Virus record (IMG/VR): IMGVR_UViG_3300043418_000226
Reading direction: 5' to 3' (one strand)
DNA length: 64,000 bases
Source of the DNA: a virus
Taxonomy: Duplodnaviria; Heunggongvirae; Uroviricota; Caudoviricetes
The notes beneath the pieces are model-generated. The model saw only the letters and a list, made by a program, of their open reading frames with translations, did not search any database and was not told the DNA's origin. Position numbers and translations under genes: made by a program. Shown here piece after piece: positions 41,750 through 52,029 of this stretch (its first letter is position 1; each line of letters opens with the position of its first letter).

Positions 41750-42265
41750 ATGTACAATGAAATTGATGGTGACTTAATCACCTTAGCAAAAGAAGGAAAG
41801 TTCGACGTTATAACCCATGGTTGTAATTGTTTATCCAATATGGGTGCGGGTATCGCCCCACAAATGGCGAAAGCATTTGGTGTGAATACATTTGAAATGG
41901 AAAGACGCGGTCCGGACATTGAAAAACTTGGATGTATTGATTACAAAACATTTGTTCTCGGTGAAAATACAGTTTGGTCTTTGGATGATTATAAGAACAA
42001 CAAAAACGAACCCGAACTTACGGTTGTGAATTCATATACTCAATATAGATACGGTAGAAATCATGCCGATGGTACATCAAGACCATTAGATTATGAGGCA
42101 CTTACTTTGTGTATGAGAAAAATTAACAACGTCTTTGAAGGTCAACACATTGGATTACCCAAAATCGGTGCAGGTCTTGCCGGTGGTGACTGGAATAGAA
42201 TCAAATCTATTATCCAAACAGAACTTAAAGACTGTGATGTTACCGTGGTTAATTATAAACCATAA
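41750..42265 (+). CDS. Macrodomain protein (Poa1-like ADP-ribose hydrolase)
   Basis: GDL, HGCNC...MGAGIA, PKIGAGLAGGDW. Confidence 0.9.
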   Translation: MYNEIDGDLITLAKEGKFDVITHGCNCLSNMGAGIAPQMAKAFGVNTFEMERRGPDIEKLGCIDYKTFVLGENTVWSLDDYKNNKNEPELTVVNSYTQYRYGRNHADGTSRPLDYEALTLCMRKINNVFEGQHIGLPKIGAGLAGGDWNRIKSIIQTELKDCDVTVVNYKP

Positions 42266-42344
42266 AATAATTCAAAAAATATTTGGTACATTAATAATAT
42301 TGTTATATATTTGTCCAATAAATCATTAATTAAAACAGAAAAAA

Positions 42345-42734
42345 ATGGAAACATTCGGTAGAGTAGTAGTTGGAATTCTAATCTTCATTGGACTTTCAGT
42401 ATTGGTAGTAACTTGTAACGTTGGTGGTATCTTTACCAAACACGCATACAATTCAATGGAGAACGCAGTCATTTCATATGACGAGTATCAAAACATCTAT
42501 GCTGCTTGTCAACAAGTAGACACAGATTTGGCAACAATTAGAGAGACACCTGACAACGATAAACAATTCGAACAGTTCAGTAAGGCTTCTATGATTAACG
42601 CTAAAAAACAAAAGTTAAGTCGTTTAGTAAACGATTACAATGCGTTGAGTAAACATATCGACAAAAAATGGTGGAAGTCAAGTACATTACCATATGAATT
42701 AACCGTGAATCAATTTACAAACTATAACAAATAA
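42345..42734 (+). CDS. Membrane-anchored protein
   Basis: N-terminal TM helix followed by a helical domain. Confidence 0.6.
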   Translation: METFGRVVVGILIFIGLSVLVVTCNVGGIFTKHAYNSMENAVISYDEYQNIYAACQQVDTDLATIRETPDNDKQFEQFSKASMINAKKQKLSRLVNDYNALSKHIDKKWWKSSTLPYELTVNQFTNYNK

Positions 42735-42742
42735 AAAAAAAC

Positions 42743-43330
42743 ATGAAAAAGTACATCCTATTATTCGTAACAATACTTGCATTTGCAAGTTGTGACATTC
42801 CTGAACACCAAGATAACGTGTCAGCAATCAATGAACAAAAACACACAGAGACAAATCAACAAAATCTTAATCAGATTCAACCACCACCAACTATTACTTG
42901 GTCATTGGAAAGAGACAATTTGATTAAACGTTTTAAATTACAAAACGATAGAGCGGTTATGTTCTACATGTATGTGTTTATCGAAGGTGTTAGTCAACCA
43001 ATTGGTTATTACCAAGTAAATAAAGTGAGTTCAGTTAACAGTCAATTAACTAATACTGAACAAATTATATCAGGACAATCGCCAAATAATAATTTACCTA
43101 ACGGTACAGCAATTGCAATTCCATCACCGGCAGAGGACGGTTCATACGGTACGAATGGTGACGGTATATTCGGTTTCACACCTGAAGATATCTACATCGA
43201 AACCAACATGAAATATATAACATCAACGGTTCCATTACATTTTGCAACACCTGTTACTAAATTGGCATTAATCAATTCAGACGAGGCTCAGAAAATGTTA
43301 AATGTTGCTAAATCAGCAATGAATAAATAA
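42743..43330 (+). CDS. Lipoprotein
   Basis: Lipobox FASC; KVSS.NSQLT, EDGSYG.NG.GIF. Confidence 0.7.
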   Translation: MKKYILLFVTILAFASCDIPEHQDNVSAINEQKHTETNQQNLNQIQPPPTITWSLERDNLIKRFKLQNDRAVMFYMYVFIEGVSQPIGYYQVNKVSSVNSQLTNTEQIISGQSPNNNLPNGTAIAIPSPAEDGSYGTNGDGIFGFTPEDIYIETNMKYITSTVPLHFATPVTKLALINSDEAQKMLNVAKSAMNK

Positions 43331-43336
43331 CAAATC

Positions 43337-43990
43337 ATGCAAGTAACATTAAACAAAGATAGTTGGCATTATAAGTACTATAGTGCCATGGTTGGCTCAA
43401 AACCACCAAGAACATTATGTCCGTACTTTTGGATTATGGTCGCGTTAATTATTATCTCACCTATTGTTGGGTCGATATTTTTAATTGGTAAGATAACAAG
43501 TTTCATTAGTAAGGGATACAATAAACTTAAACCTAAGAAAGTAAAACCATCTGAAACGTATGAGGAAACTCTTGCAAGATGGGATAAAGAACGTGCTGCT
43601 GAAACTAAAAGATATCTCTTTTGGGGTAAAGTAGGTGACATTTGTTTTAAATTATTTAAATGGGTTATCATACCGGTAATAGGAATCACTATATTATACG
43701 TACTATCATCGTCCGCATATCAAATGGGTTGGTTAGTCACATTAATAACGATTTCAATTATATTATTTTTAATTGGAATTATGTTATCAATATATTGGTT
43801 AATTGATAGATATGGTGAAGTTGTTGGAGGTGGTTTTATCAGATTGGTTGTTACCATTTTTAAATTCATCAATCCATTCAATTGGAAAATAACAATGATT
43901 ATCGGTGAGATGATTAAAGCGGGGTACACTAAAGCCTGTCCACTAATTCAATGGGACGAAAATTTAGAAGAATCAAAAAATAATTTATAA
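43337..43990 (+). CDS. Membrane protein
   Basis: SWHY, LCPYFW, several TM segments, KACPLI. Confidence 0.6.
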   Translation: MQVTLNKDSWHYKYYSAMVGSKPPRTLCPYFWIMVALIIISPIVGSIFLIGKITSFISKGYNKLKPKKVKPSETYEETLARWDKERAAETKRYLFWGKVGDICFKLFKWVIIPVIGITILYVLSSSAYQMGWLVTLITISIILFLIGIMLSIYWLIDRYGEVVGGGFIRLVVTIFKFINPFNWKITMIIGEMIKAGYTKACPLIQWDENLEESKNNL

Positions 43991-44002
43991 AAATAATAGG
44001 TC

Positions 44003-45088
44003 ATGTCAAGAATTAAGGAACTAAAGTCACATTCAAGTAATAATTTTAATTTAGTTGAATTTTTGGAATTGTTCAGTCCCGATAAGAAATCAAAGTACAC
44101 CGAAATGTTACTTCGTTTAATGAAGAACACTCCGAACATTAATGAACACGCTAAGGAAATTAAAGCGGAGTTACTTAAAAGATTCGATTTCATTAATAAA
44201 GAAGACTTGGAGAATCTTCAACCAATGCAGACTATGTTAATTTATAGATTCATTGATAGTTTCTTTAATGATGCTGACTTAATTAACTTCAGAAAGTTCT
44301 CTGAATATAATGAAAGAGGTATCGTAGACCAAAACGATTTGACAACATACAAATCATTTGAGGATGTGATGTTACAATTAGGTTTGGCTGAGTTGAAAGC
44401 AGAGACTAAGAATCTTGAGAATGAAATCATAAAAGTATATGAGAACGAAGAATGGTTATTACTTCGTCCATTAACTTATTTGGCATCTAAAAAGTACGGT
44501 TCAAACACTAAATGGTGTACAACCTCTGAAGGTAATCCAGATTACTTCTTAAAGTACACTTCACGTGGTGTCTTGATTTATTGTATCAATAAAAAATCAG
44601 GATATAAAGTGGCATCATTCTGTTCATTGGATAAGAAAGAACCTGAGTTTTCATTTTGGAATCAAAAGGATACTCGTATCGATTCATTGGAAACAGAATT
44701 GACTGATGAGTTACGTGTAATCATTCGTGAGGAAAGTTTAGGTAAGGGAGCTAAGACAAATAGATACTTACTATCTGACGAACAAAGAATGAAAGAAGAT
44801 AAGGTCTTAAACACTAAGTCATCTTATAAGATACTTGCACCTGAACCAGATGAAGTTGAAAGACCTCTAAGAAATAGAATCCAAGACGCAATTCGTAGAG
44901 AAAATTACGAGGCTGATGTGGATGTTACTGAAAATGTTACCGAAGAAATTAGTGAATCTCCATATATGGGGGAATCTGAAGCTGTAAATGTAAGAAGGTA
45001 CGAAGATATTCCTAATGGTCAAGACATGGGAGAAAATATCGTTTCTGAAAATAACACATTAGGTACTGTTAGTAGAGGTAATTGGTAA
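44003..45088 (+). CDS. Conserved phage protein with YGxxTKWC motif
   Basis: ASKKYGSNTKWCT; paralog of 48769. Confidence 0.6.
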   Translation: MSRIKELKSHSSNNFNLVEFLELFSPDKKSKYTEMLLRLMKNTPNINEHAKEIKAELLKRFDFINKEDLENLQPMQTMLIYRFIDSFFNDADLINFRKFSEYNERGIVDQNDLTTYKSFEDVMLQLGLAELKAETKNLENEIIKVYENEEWLLLRPLTYLASKKYGSNTKWCTTSEGNPDYFLKYTSRGVLIYCINKKSGYKVASFCSLDKKEPEFSFWNQKDTRIDSLETELTDELRVIIREESLGKGAKTNRYLLSDEQRMKEDKVLNTKSSYKILAPEPDEVERPLRNRIQDAIRRENYEADVDVTENVTEEISESPYMGESEAVNVRRYEDIPNGQDMGENIVSENNTLGTVSRGNW

Positions 45089-45108
45089 TTAAAAATTAAT
45101 TATAATTG

Positions 45109-45145
45109 ATTAAGGGACATCTTTGTTACATTGGTGTCCCTTAAT
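45109..45145. terminator. Hairpin, possible terminator
   Basis: ATTAAGGGACA / TGTCCCTTAAT inverted repeat. Confidence 0.55.
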
Positions 45146-45345
45146 TATTTAAAGTAAACAATATGTGGAACAAAATTATAGTATCAATTGAGTGGATAAT
45201 AATCTTTGGGTTAATATTTTCAATCATAATACCCGATTGGAATAAGGTACCCGTAGTAAAGGATTACTTCGCTTTACTTATAATGGGTGAACTTGGTCTT
45301 GACCTTTATGTTAGGTTAAAACAGAAATTATAGATATTTATTAAT

Positions 45346-45576
45346 ATGAAAATCATTATCACCGAAGCACAATATAAATTAATTGAAGAAGAATATAATC
45401 CTGATAAATTATATGATAGGGATAGAATTATTCAAAGATTAAAGAAGGCACCAAAATATGTTAGAGAATATGGTAAAAATTTACCATACATTGATTGTAC
45501 CGACCCAAACGGTAATCAAACCATTTGTACCAAACTTCCACAAATATTATATCAATATTTTATGGGAAATTTCTAA
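45346..45576 (+). CDS. Small protein, possibly capsid-internal
   Basis: MKIIITEAQYKLIEE N-terminus, late-type motif upstream. Confidence 0.55.
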   Translation: MKIIITEAQYKLIEEEYNPDKLYDRDRIIQRLKKAPKYVREYGKNLPYIDCTDPNGNQTICTKLPQILYQYFMGNF

Positions 45577-45618
45577 AAATAATTTGGCACATTAAAATTA
45601 TTGTCTTATCTTTGTCAC

Positions 45619-46179
45619 ATGAAAAAGACATTAATTATACATCCGAAAGATCCATCGACGACATTTTTAGACATTGTCTATAAAGATGTACCTAATCAAA
45701 CATTGATTACCGGTGGAGTTACCAAGAGTGAATTGAACGAACTAATCGAATCTCATGATAGAGTTTTAATGATGGGACACGGTTCACCGAGTGGGTTATT
45801 TGCTGTCGGTCAATTTCTATTAGATACTGCACCGTATAGTGGATATATTATCGACCAAACTACAGTTCCATTATTGGAAAAGAAAGAAGGTAACGTGTTT
45901 ATTTGGTGTAACGCCGATAGATTCGTAGACACTTACAAACTGAAAGGTTTTTATACCGGTATGTTTATCAGTGAAGTAGGTGAGGCAATTTATTGTGGAC
46001 TACCTGGTACACAACAAGAAGAGGTTGACGAATCTAATTACGGTTTCTGTGAAATCATTAGTAAGTACATCAACGAAGACACGGAAAACATCCATGAAAA
46101 TGTAACCAAAGAATACGGAGTCATCGCAGACGAAAACCCTGTTGCACTTTACAATCACAATCGTTTATACAAAGCATAA
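45619..46179 (+). CDS. Hypothetical protein, possible caspase/gingipain-fold Cys peptidase
   Basis: VLMMGHGS and VFIWCNA; start at ATG 45619. Confidence 0.4.
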   Translation: MKKTLIIHPKDPSTTFLDIVYKDVPNQTLITGGVTKSELNELIESHDRVLMMGHGSPSGLFAVGQFLLDTAPYSGYIIDQTTVPLLEKKEGNVFIWCNADRFVDTYKLKGFYTGMFISEVGEAIYCGLPGTQQEEVDESNYGFCEIISKYINEDTENIHENVTKEYGVIADENPVALYNHNRLYKA

Positions 46180-47258
46180 TATGGTAGAGAAATTTGAATT
46201 CAGTGAAGAAGAATTGAGTGATATTGGATTGTTCGCCAAGAGATTCAAAGAACTTGTTAAGATTATTAACAAAAATTTTGCCGGTGATAAGAAAATAGAA
46301 CTATCTAATCTTATGAGGTCAATTAGAAATCAGGAGAAAGGAATGGCATCAATTGAAGGACAAAATAGAGCAAGACCTGTTAAGGAAATTAGAACCTTAA
46401 GTCCATTACCTTATATGATTCAAAATGGGGTTGAACTTTTTATTGAATTAAATGATAAGTTTAAACTACAAGATATCAACTTGAAAATCGATGAGTTGTA
46501 TCAATATTATGTTGACACAACAGACCTTGAAATCACACCTAAGTTATTTTCTAATCTTAATTATTTGATTGAGTATTATGAAGATAAGGAAGAGTTTGAA
46601 AAGTGTATAACGTTACAAAAATTGAGTAAATCAATTGAGGAACTAAAAAAATAGAGTATGGTTGCGGAGTACGAAAGTTCAATTTTATGTGGTGGAAGTT
46701 TATTCTTTTGTGAAAAACTTACATTCACCGATACAACCATAACATGGGATAAAGACCATGGACCTTTTGGTATTTTCACCAAATCGATGACAGTTCCACG
46801 AAGTGGTTTACATAACGTTATTGTCGATGAAAGAATATTGGGTTCCAATATCCATTTAATCTTTAAAGGACCTAATGATTTTAGTTCTTATACGATTATC
46901 GGGTCGGGATTTGATAGTGACGAAGCGGAAGAGATTCGTTATAACTTAATGTTAAAATAATCAATAAATTTTATATTATGAAAGCAATTTTAATTAGTGG
47001 TGACGGTGACTATTGTGCTGTTCACTTTGAAAACAAATTCGGTGGTACACCTGTGAGTGACATTATCCAACACCCTGAATCTTTTTATCCTGACTACGAC
47101 GATGAGGATGAAGGTGAAACTTGGTCAATCGAAATTATTGAGGTCGGTGAAGTTGACCCAAGATTTGTATCGTTTATTAGAAGTAACATTGAGGACTATG
47201 ACACTTCAAAGAACGTTACTTTCTATTTGGAAAACGAAAAAGTTAGGAAATAAAAAAT

Positions 47259-47334
47259 AAAAACACCCGCTACGTAGTCACGGCCGGATAACACGTACAG
47301 ACAAGGAAGAAAAGGTCAGTCCGGGTGTTTTTTT
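47259..47334. other. GC-richer stem-loop element
   Basis: AAAAACACCCG / CGGGTGTTTTT stem enclosing ~52 nt. Confidence 0.5.
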
Positions 47335-47347
47335 AAAATAACATATC

Positions 47348-47467
47348 ATGACACAACAACCATCAGAGGCACCAACTAAGCCTACCACGAAACCAGGTAC
47401 TAGACCTGAGAAACCAAAAAGAGAGAATCCTTTCGAACCTAAACACACACCGAAACCAAAAGCATAA
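47348..47467 (+). CDS. Pro/Lys-rich peptide (39 aa, not in ORF track)
   Basis: MTQQPSEAPTKPTTKPGTRPEKPKRENPFEPKHTPKPKA. Confidence 0.6.
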   Translation: MTQQPSEAPTKPTTKPGTRPEKPKRENPFEPKHTPKPKA

Positions 47468-47500
47468 TTTAACTATTGGTTTATTTCTGTATTTATTACC

Positions 47501-48190
47501 ATGAATATAAAAGATAAAGTAACAATCGTAATTCCTTGTTATAACGAGGAAAGGTATATAACTAGAACCATTATGTCGATTGCCAAACAATCAAACATTT
47601 ATGGTACTACTGTTATTATTGTTGATGGATTCAGTACAGATAAAACCAGAGAAAAAGTTAGAGCTTTAAAAAATACTTTCAGTAACGTAATTGACATTGA
47701 AATGGTTGACGGTGGTAGAGTTGCGTTTGCAAGAAATTACGGAGCATCCTTAGTATCAACCAAGTACACTTTGTTTATCGACGCAGATACCATTCTAATT
47801 GATAGTGATTTAATCGATACTACATTAAAAGAAATGTATCATTTTCATTTACATCTGTTAACATGTAAATTAACATCTTCAGATAATGACATCATTAGTA
47901 AATTTAGTCACTTCTGTTACAATGTTTTAAATTACTTTATATCGTGGAAGAAACCATACGCAATTGGAAAGTACTTTTTAACAAACACAAACAAGTTTAA
48001 AGAGTTAGGTGGATTCGATGAGAAACTTTATTGTAACGAAGACTATGACTTATCTAACAAATATGAGGTGAATCATTTCAGAGTATCAAAAAAATATATC
48101 GGTCTAGATAGTGAGAAATTAAAAAAGAAGGGTTACCTTTACACCATTAAGTCACTTATCAATAAACATTTAAAAAATGGACGAATTTAA
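47501..48190 (+). CDS. GT2 family glycosyltransferase
   Basis: IPCYNEE, VDGFSTD, ARNYG, FIDAD, GGFDE..ED. Confidence 0.9.
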   Translation: MNIKDKVTIVIPCYNEERYITRTIMSIAKQSNIYGTTVIIVDGFSTDKTREKVRALKNTFSNVIDIEMVDGGRVAFARNYGASLVSTKYTLFIDADTILIDSDLIDTTLKEMYHFHLHLLTCKLTSSDNDIISKFSHFCYNVLNYFISWKKPYAIGKYFLTNTNKFKELGGFDEKLYCNEDYDLSNKYEVNHFRVSKKYIGLDSEKLKKKGYLYTIKSLINKHLKNGRI

Positions 48191-48373
48191 TTATGTGATT
48201 GCCAGAAAATGGTCGGATAAAGATAACCGATTAAATTGTTACACATTTCATACCACAGTGTTTTATGGTGATATGGAAGATGCCAAAAATACTTTAGAAT
48301 TCATTAGAGGTCGAGCCGACAATCCACCGGAACAATACTCCATTTTCAAAATCGACGAAACACCTATTACATA

Positions 48374-48712
48374 ATGTTACCGTTTAAATTTTTTCAAAAT
48401 ACAGACTCATCTTCTATTTTGGATGACTATCCTGGTTGGACATGGACTGAAACAGATATGATGACCAGACGAGTTCGTCGTAATCACGAAATAGTTGATA
48501 TGAATTATTTTGCGGAGAGTTATCGTATACATGGAATTATTAATTTCTTAAGATTATTTAATCGAACCGATAGCGTTTACATATATTCAATGGAATGTAA
48601 CGGTATTAGAATTTTTCATGATAACAACGAACAAGGATGGCCATGGGATATTACCACAGAATTAATTACATTTGAGGCAATTATTATCCCAAGGGAAAGA
48701 TTTTTTCTATAA
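48374..48712 (+). CDS. FKF-tag family protein (WPWDI subfamily)
   Basis: MLPFKFFQ start. Confidence 0.7.
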   Translation: MLPFKFFQNTDSSSILDDYPGWTWTETDMMTRRVRRNHEIVDMNYFAESYRIHGIINFLRLFNRTDSVYIYSMECNGIRIFHDNNEQGWPWDITTELITFEAIIIPRERFFL

Positions 48713-48768
48713 TATTTTGTAGTTTATAAAATATTGGTTATATTTGTATAAATTTTAATACATTTCCT

Positions 48769-49767
48769 ATGTCAAGATTAGACAAACTTAAAGAATTACA
48801 TCCCGAGTTAGCTAAGGTTTCAGTGATGGATATAATCGCATCTGCCGACCCGTCTACTACATACAAATATTGTGACTTCTTAGTTAAGATGTTCAAAAGA
48901 AACTTCACCCATATCGAAAATGGTCAGGTGTTAACTTCATTTATATCGGGACAATTATTTGGTAATGAATTTGTCGAAACGTTAAACAAATTTGAAGATC
49001 ACCACAAAGCCAAGAGAATTAGGATTAAAGACATTTCTTTATATTCATCATATGATGACATTAAAGTCCAAGTTGAAGAGGCTGATGAAGTTGTTCGTAT
49101 TAAAGAACTTGAGAAAGATGCTAATAAAATCTATAACGATTCAGAATGGTTAGTTCTTATTCCTAAGACATATGAATCGGCAATGCTGTATGCTAACAAC
49201 ACAAAGTGGTGCATCACACAAAAGAGTTATTGGAATGATTATAAAAAACATACGAGGATAATTTTCGTTATCAATAAAAAAACAGATGATAAGTTTGCAA
49301 TATCAAAAAGATTTGACGATAAAGTAATCCAAGGTTGGGATGCTAGAGACATTGAGACTTCACCATTGTTATGGGATTTCAATGATAACATATGGAAAGT
49401 TCTCCGTAAAGAATTAAAGAAATCTAAAATTGAAATTCAATTGGATGAATTACCAAACGGAATGATTTTCGGAAAGTCTAATTTAATGATTCCGTACGAA
49501 GATGCAACTTTACAAGAATTAGAAAGTTTCTTTAAAAAATTCGGAGATTGTCTTGAGGAAGAATTTAAAAATAAAATTGTCACTAAAGGTAGAGAACTGA
49601 GAGAGTTAGATGAAATTGAGAAGAGGTCAATTAAAAAGTTTAGTTCATTACCAACAAAGAAAATATTAGATGAAACAGATTTATATCGTTGGATTAATAA
49701 TGGTGATTCTGATTTAAACATTGACGACATATTAAAAACCTATTTAACAGGCAAGTATTATGAGTAG
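48769..49767 (+). CDS. Conserved phage protein with YxxxTKWC motif
   Basis: MSRLDKLKE, DPS..YKY, SAMLYANNTKWCI; paralog of 44003. Confidence 0.6.
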   Translation: MSRLDKLKELHPELAKVSVMDIIASADPSTTYKYCDFLVKMFKRNFTHIENGQVLTSFISGQLFGNEFVETLNKFEDHHKAKRIRIKDISLYSSYDDIKVQVEEADEVVRIKELEKDANKIYNDSEWLVLIPKTYESAMLYANNTKWCITQKSYWNDYKKHTRIIFVINKKTDDKFAISKRFDDKVIQGWDARDIETSPLLWDFNDNIWKVLRKELKKSKIEIQLDELPNGMIFGKSNLMIPYEDATLQELESFFKKFGDCLEEEFKNKIVTKGRELRELDEIEKRSIKKFSSLPTKKILDETDLYRWINNGDSDLNIDDILKTYLTGKYYE

Positions 49768-50263
49768 AATAACGCACAGACCAGATTGGTGGAGAATAGA
49801 ATACCAACTTCTAAAAAATAAAATTATGAACGATACTCCTAAACGTTTTAAAGACTGTCAACATAAATTAGAAAGACTCCACAGTATAATACCAAAAAAC
49901 GAAACGTTTAGGGATGTTGCATTTGGTAACTTTATTGATAACACATATCGTAAAGATTCTGATTACATCAATTTTAAAAATCAACATAATAAACCGAGTG
50001 GTACCAGTTCGTTAGCGGGTTCTAATTCAATTACAACTTCATTGAATAATTCTGTGACACCAATAGATACCACAATGGGAAGTGATACTGAATCGGTTAA
50101 ACCAAAACACAAACATGGACACGTTGAGCCATATGTTTTTTCAGTTGAGCCGGTTAAAGAACCATCGAAAATTAAAAGTAACGTTAAGGGATTGGTAAAA
50201 ACAATTCTTAAACCACAAATTGATGCAGTGAATACAGTGGTAAAATTAATAACGAACAAGTAG

Positions 50264-50614
50264 GTGAAAAGATTTAAATTCTTGGAGGATAACGTCAATA
50301 GTGAATATGAAGAAGAATATTTAGGTTTTGACGTTGGGGTTGAGGAACAAAACGTATATGAATACGGTGAATACTCCGCAAGTTGGATGTGGACAAGAGA
50401 TATGATTATATCACAACCTTATGAAATTCAAACTATAAATTGTTTGGGTATCGGTGATTTCTTATCACAATTTCCAAATCACTTTATTGTAGCGATAAAT
50501 TCAATTTCATCAAATGGAGTTGAGGTAACTCGTGACATTAATCACGATAACATTTGGCCATGGGATATTCATAACGACCCATTAACAATAGAATACTTAG
50601 AATTTATACCTTAA
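50264..50614 (+). CDS. FKF-tag family protein (WPWDI subfamily)
   Basis: MKRFKFL start (GTG). Confidence 0.7.
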   Translation: MKRFKFLEDNVNSEYEEEYLGFDVGVEEQNVYEYGEYSASWMWTRDMIISQPYEIQTINCLGIGDFLSQFPNHFIVAINSISSNGVEVTRDINHDNIWPWDIHNDPLTIEYLEFIP

Positions 50615-50616
50615 TT

Positions 50617-50895
50617 ATGGTTAACAATTTTAAATTTTTTAGTAAAGTAGTTTTGATTGGACATGATGGACATAAGATATCTATCGGTCAAACTTTTTAT
50701 TCGGTCACTAAACAACGTATTGATGGTTTCTTAATGTCAACACCAAAATATCAGATTAAGGAATTGGTTATGACTGAAGAAATGTTAGAAACATTCATAC
50801 CCGACCACGCATATTATTGGTACTTTGGAAGTATAACAAACGCAGAATGGTTAATTAATATTTGGAAAAAACAAGATAGAGAAGATGGGATATAG
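50617..50895 (+). CDS. FKF-tag family protein
   Basis: MVNNFKFF start. Confidence 0.7.
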   Translation: MVNNFKFFSKVVLIGHDGHKISIGQTFYSVTKQRIDGFLMSTPKYQIKELVMTEEMLETFIPDHAYYWYFGSITNAEWLINIWKKQDREDGI

Positions 50896-51565
50896 AACTT
50901 ATGTCGGCACAATGCCAAAGAGAGAATACAATAAAATAAAATCAATGACCAAAGACCAATTGATCGAACATTACAAAATAGAACGTGATGACTTTGAAAT
51001 TGAAGAAGGTTATATAGGAATGGGTGTTTACGATTTTGGTAAACCTTTATATGAGTTTGGTAAGTATACCGAATTCGAACCACCAAAAGGTTCACAAAAA
51101 ACATTCTTCAAAAACAAAGAATTAAACAAGTATTATACAAATGACCACGACTTTGCAATCGTTACACCTGAGTTTCTTGAGTACATTATTGACAGTTACA
51201 AGAAAAGAGTTGAGGACTATTACAATAAAATGATGGTTCCGTTCTTTGGTGAAAAAGAAGATAGATACAGTAGAGATAAACCGACTGACTTTCTTAATTC
51301 AGTTAAGGTTGAATACAATTTCCCAAACAACAAATATGTGTTTGACTTCTCAAAGATTACCCAAGATGAACAAAACGCTTTGTGGGATATTATTGACCAT
51401 GTAAGAACTATGAGGTTCGAATGGGTACAGACAAAACCTTACGATTTAACTAGAGGTGATGAAGTAACAACCAGTTGGAAGTATGAGTACATCATCTTTG
51501 AATTGGTTAGAATCTATAAGACGTTTGATTGGAAGAAAAACGTTATGGTTTATTATGGATATTAA
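50885..51565 (+). CDS. Hypothetical protein
   Basis: 226 aa ORF, MGYRTY start. Confidence 0.7.
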   Translation: MGYRTYVGTMPKREYNKIKSMTKDQLIEHYKIERDDFEIEEGYIGMGVYDFGKPLYEFGKYTEFEPPKGSQKTFFKNKELNKYYTNDHDFAIVTPEFLEYIIDSYKKRVEDYYNKMMVPFFGEKEDRYSRDKPTDFLNSVKVEYNFPNNKYVFDFSKITQDEQNALWDIIDHVRTMRFEWVQTKPYDLTRGDEVTTSWKYEYIIFELVRIYKTFDWKKNVMVYYGY

Positions 51566-51972
51566 TGAAAACATTTAAATTTTTTTCTAACAATGAACCA
51601 ATACTTGAATACGATGCCTTTGGGGGTCCTTTTCAAATACAACCAAGGACTTGGATAGGGTCGAGTGCAGGTGTCCCAAAATGGATTAACGGACCAACCG
51701 GAATGATATATTATATGGAGTTCGTTGGTGTTGTTGTTGATCCCGTAAATGATAATCAAATGCCTGAGATAAGTTCCCAACTTCAAAGTAAAATGATAAC
51801 TGTTGCCACATACGGTCCACACAATTACCAAGAATTTTTAGATGCACATCGGAATCATCACATTTGGATTTATAGTGTTAACACTGAAACATCAGTATAT
51901 AACGAACATAATATCAATGACTTACCAATCGGTGAACCTGTTATGATTCGAGCACATATCGAAACAGAATAA
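51565..51972 (+). CDS. FKF-tag family protein
   Basis: MKTFKFF at ATG 51565 (TAATG overlap). Confidence 0.7.
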   Translation: MKTFKFFSNNEPILEYDAFGGPFQIQPRTWIGSSAGVPKWINGPTGMIYYMEFVGVVVDPVNDNQMPEISSQLQSKMITVATYGPHNYQEFLDAHRNHHIWIYSVNTETSVYNEHNINDLPIGEPVMIRAHIETE

Positions 51973-52029
51973 AAACTGTTAAATTATTAGGCAGGTGTGA
52001 ATTTTATTAATACATTTGACAAATAATTT

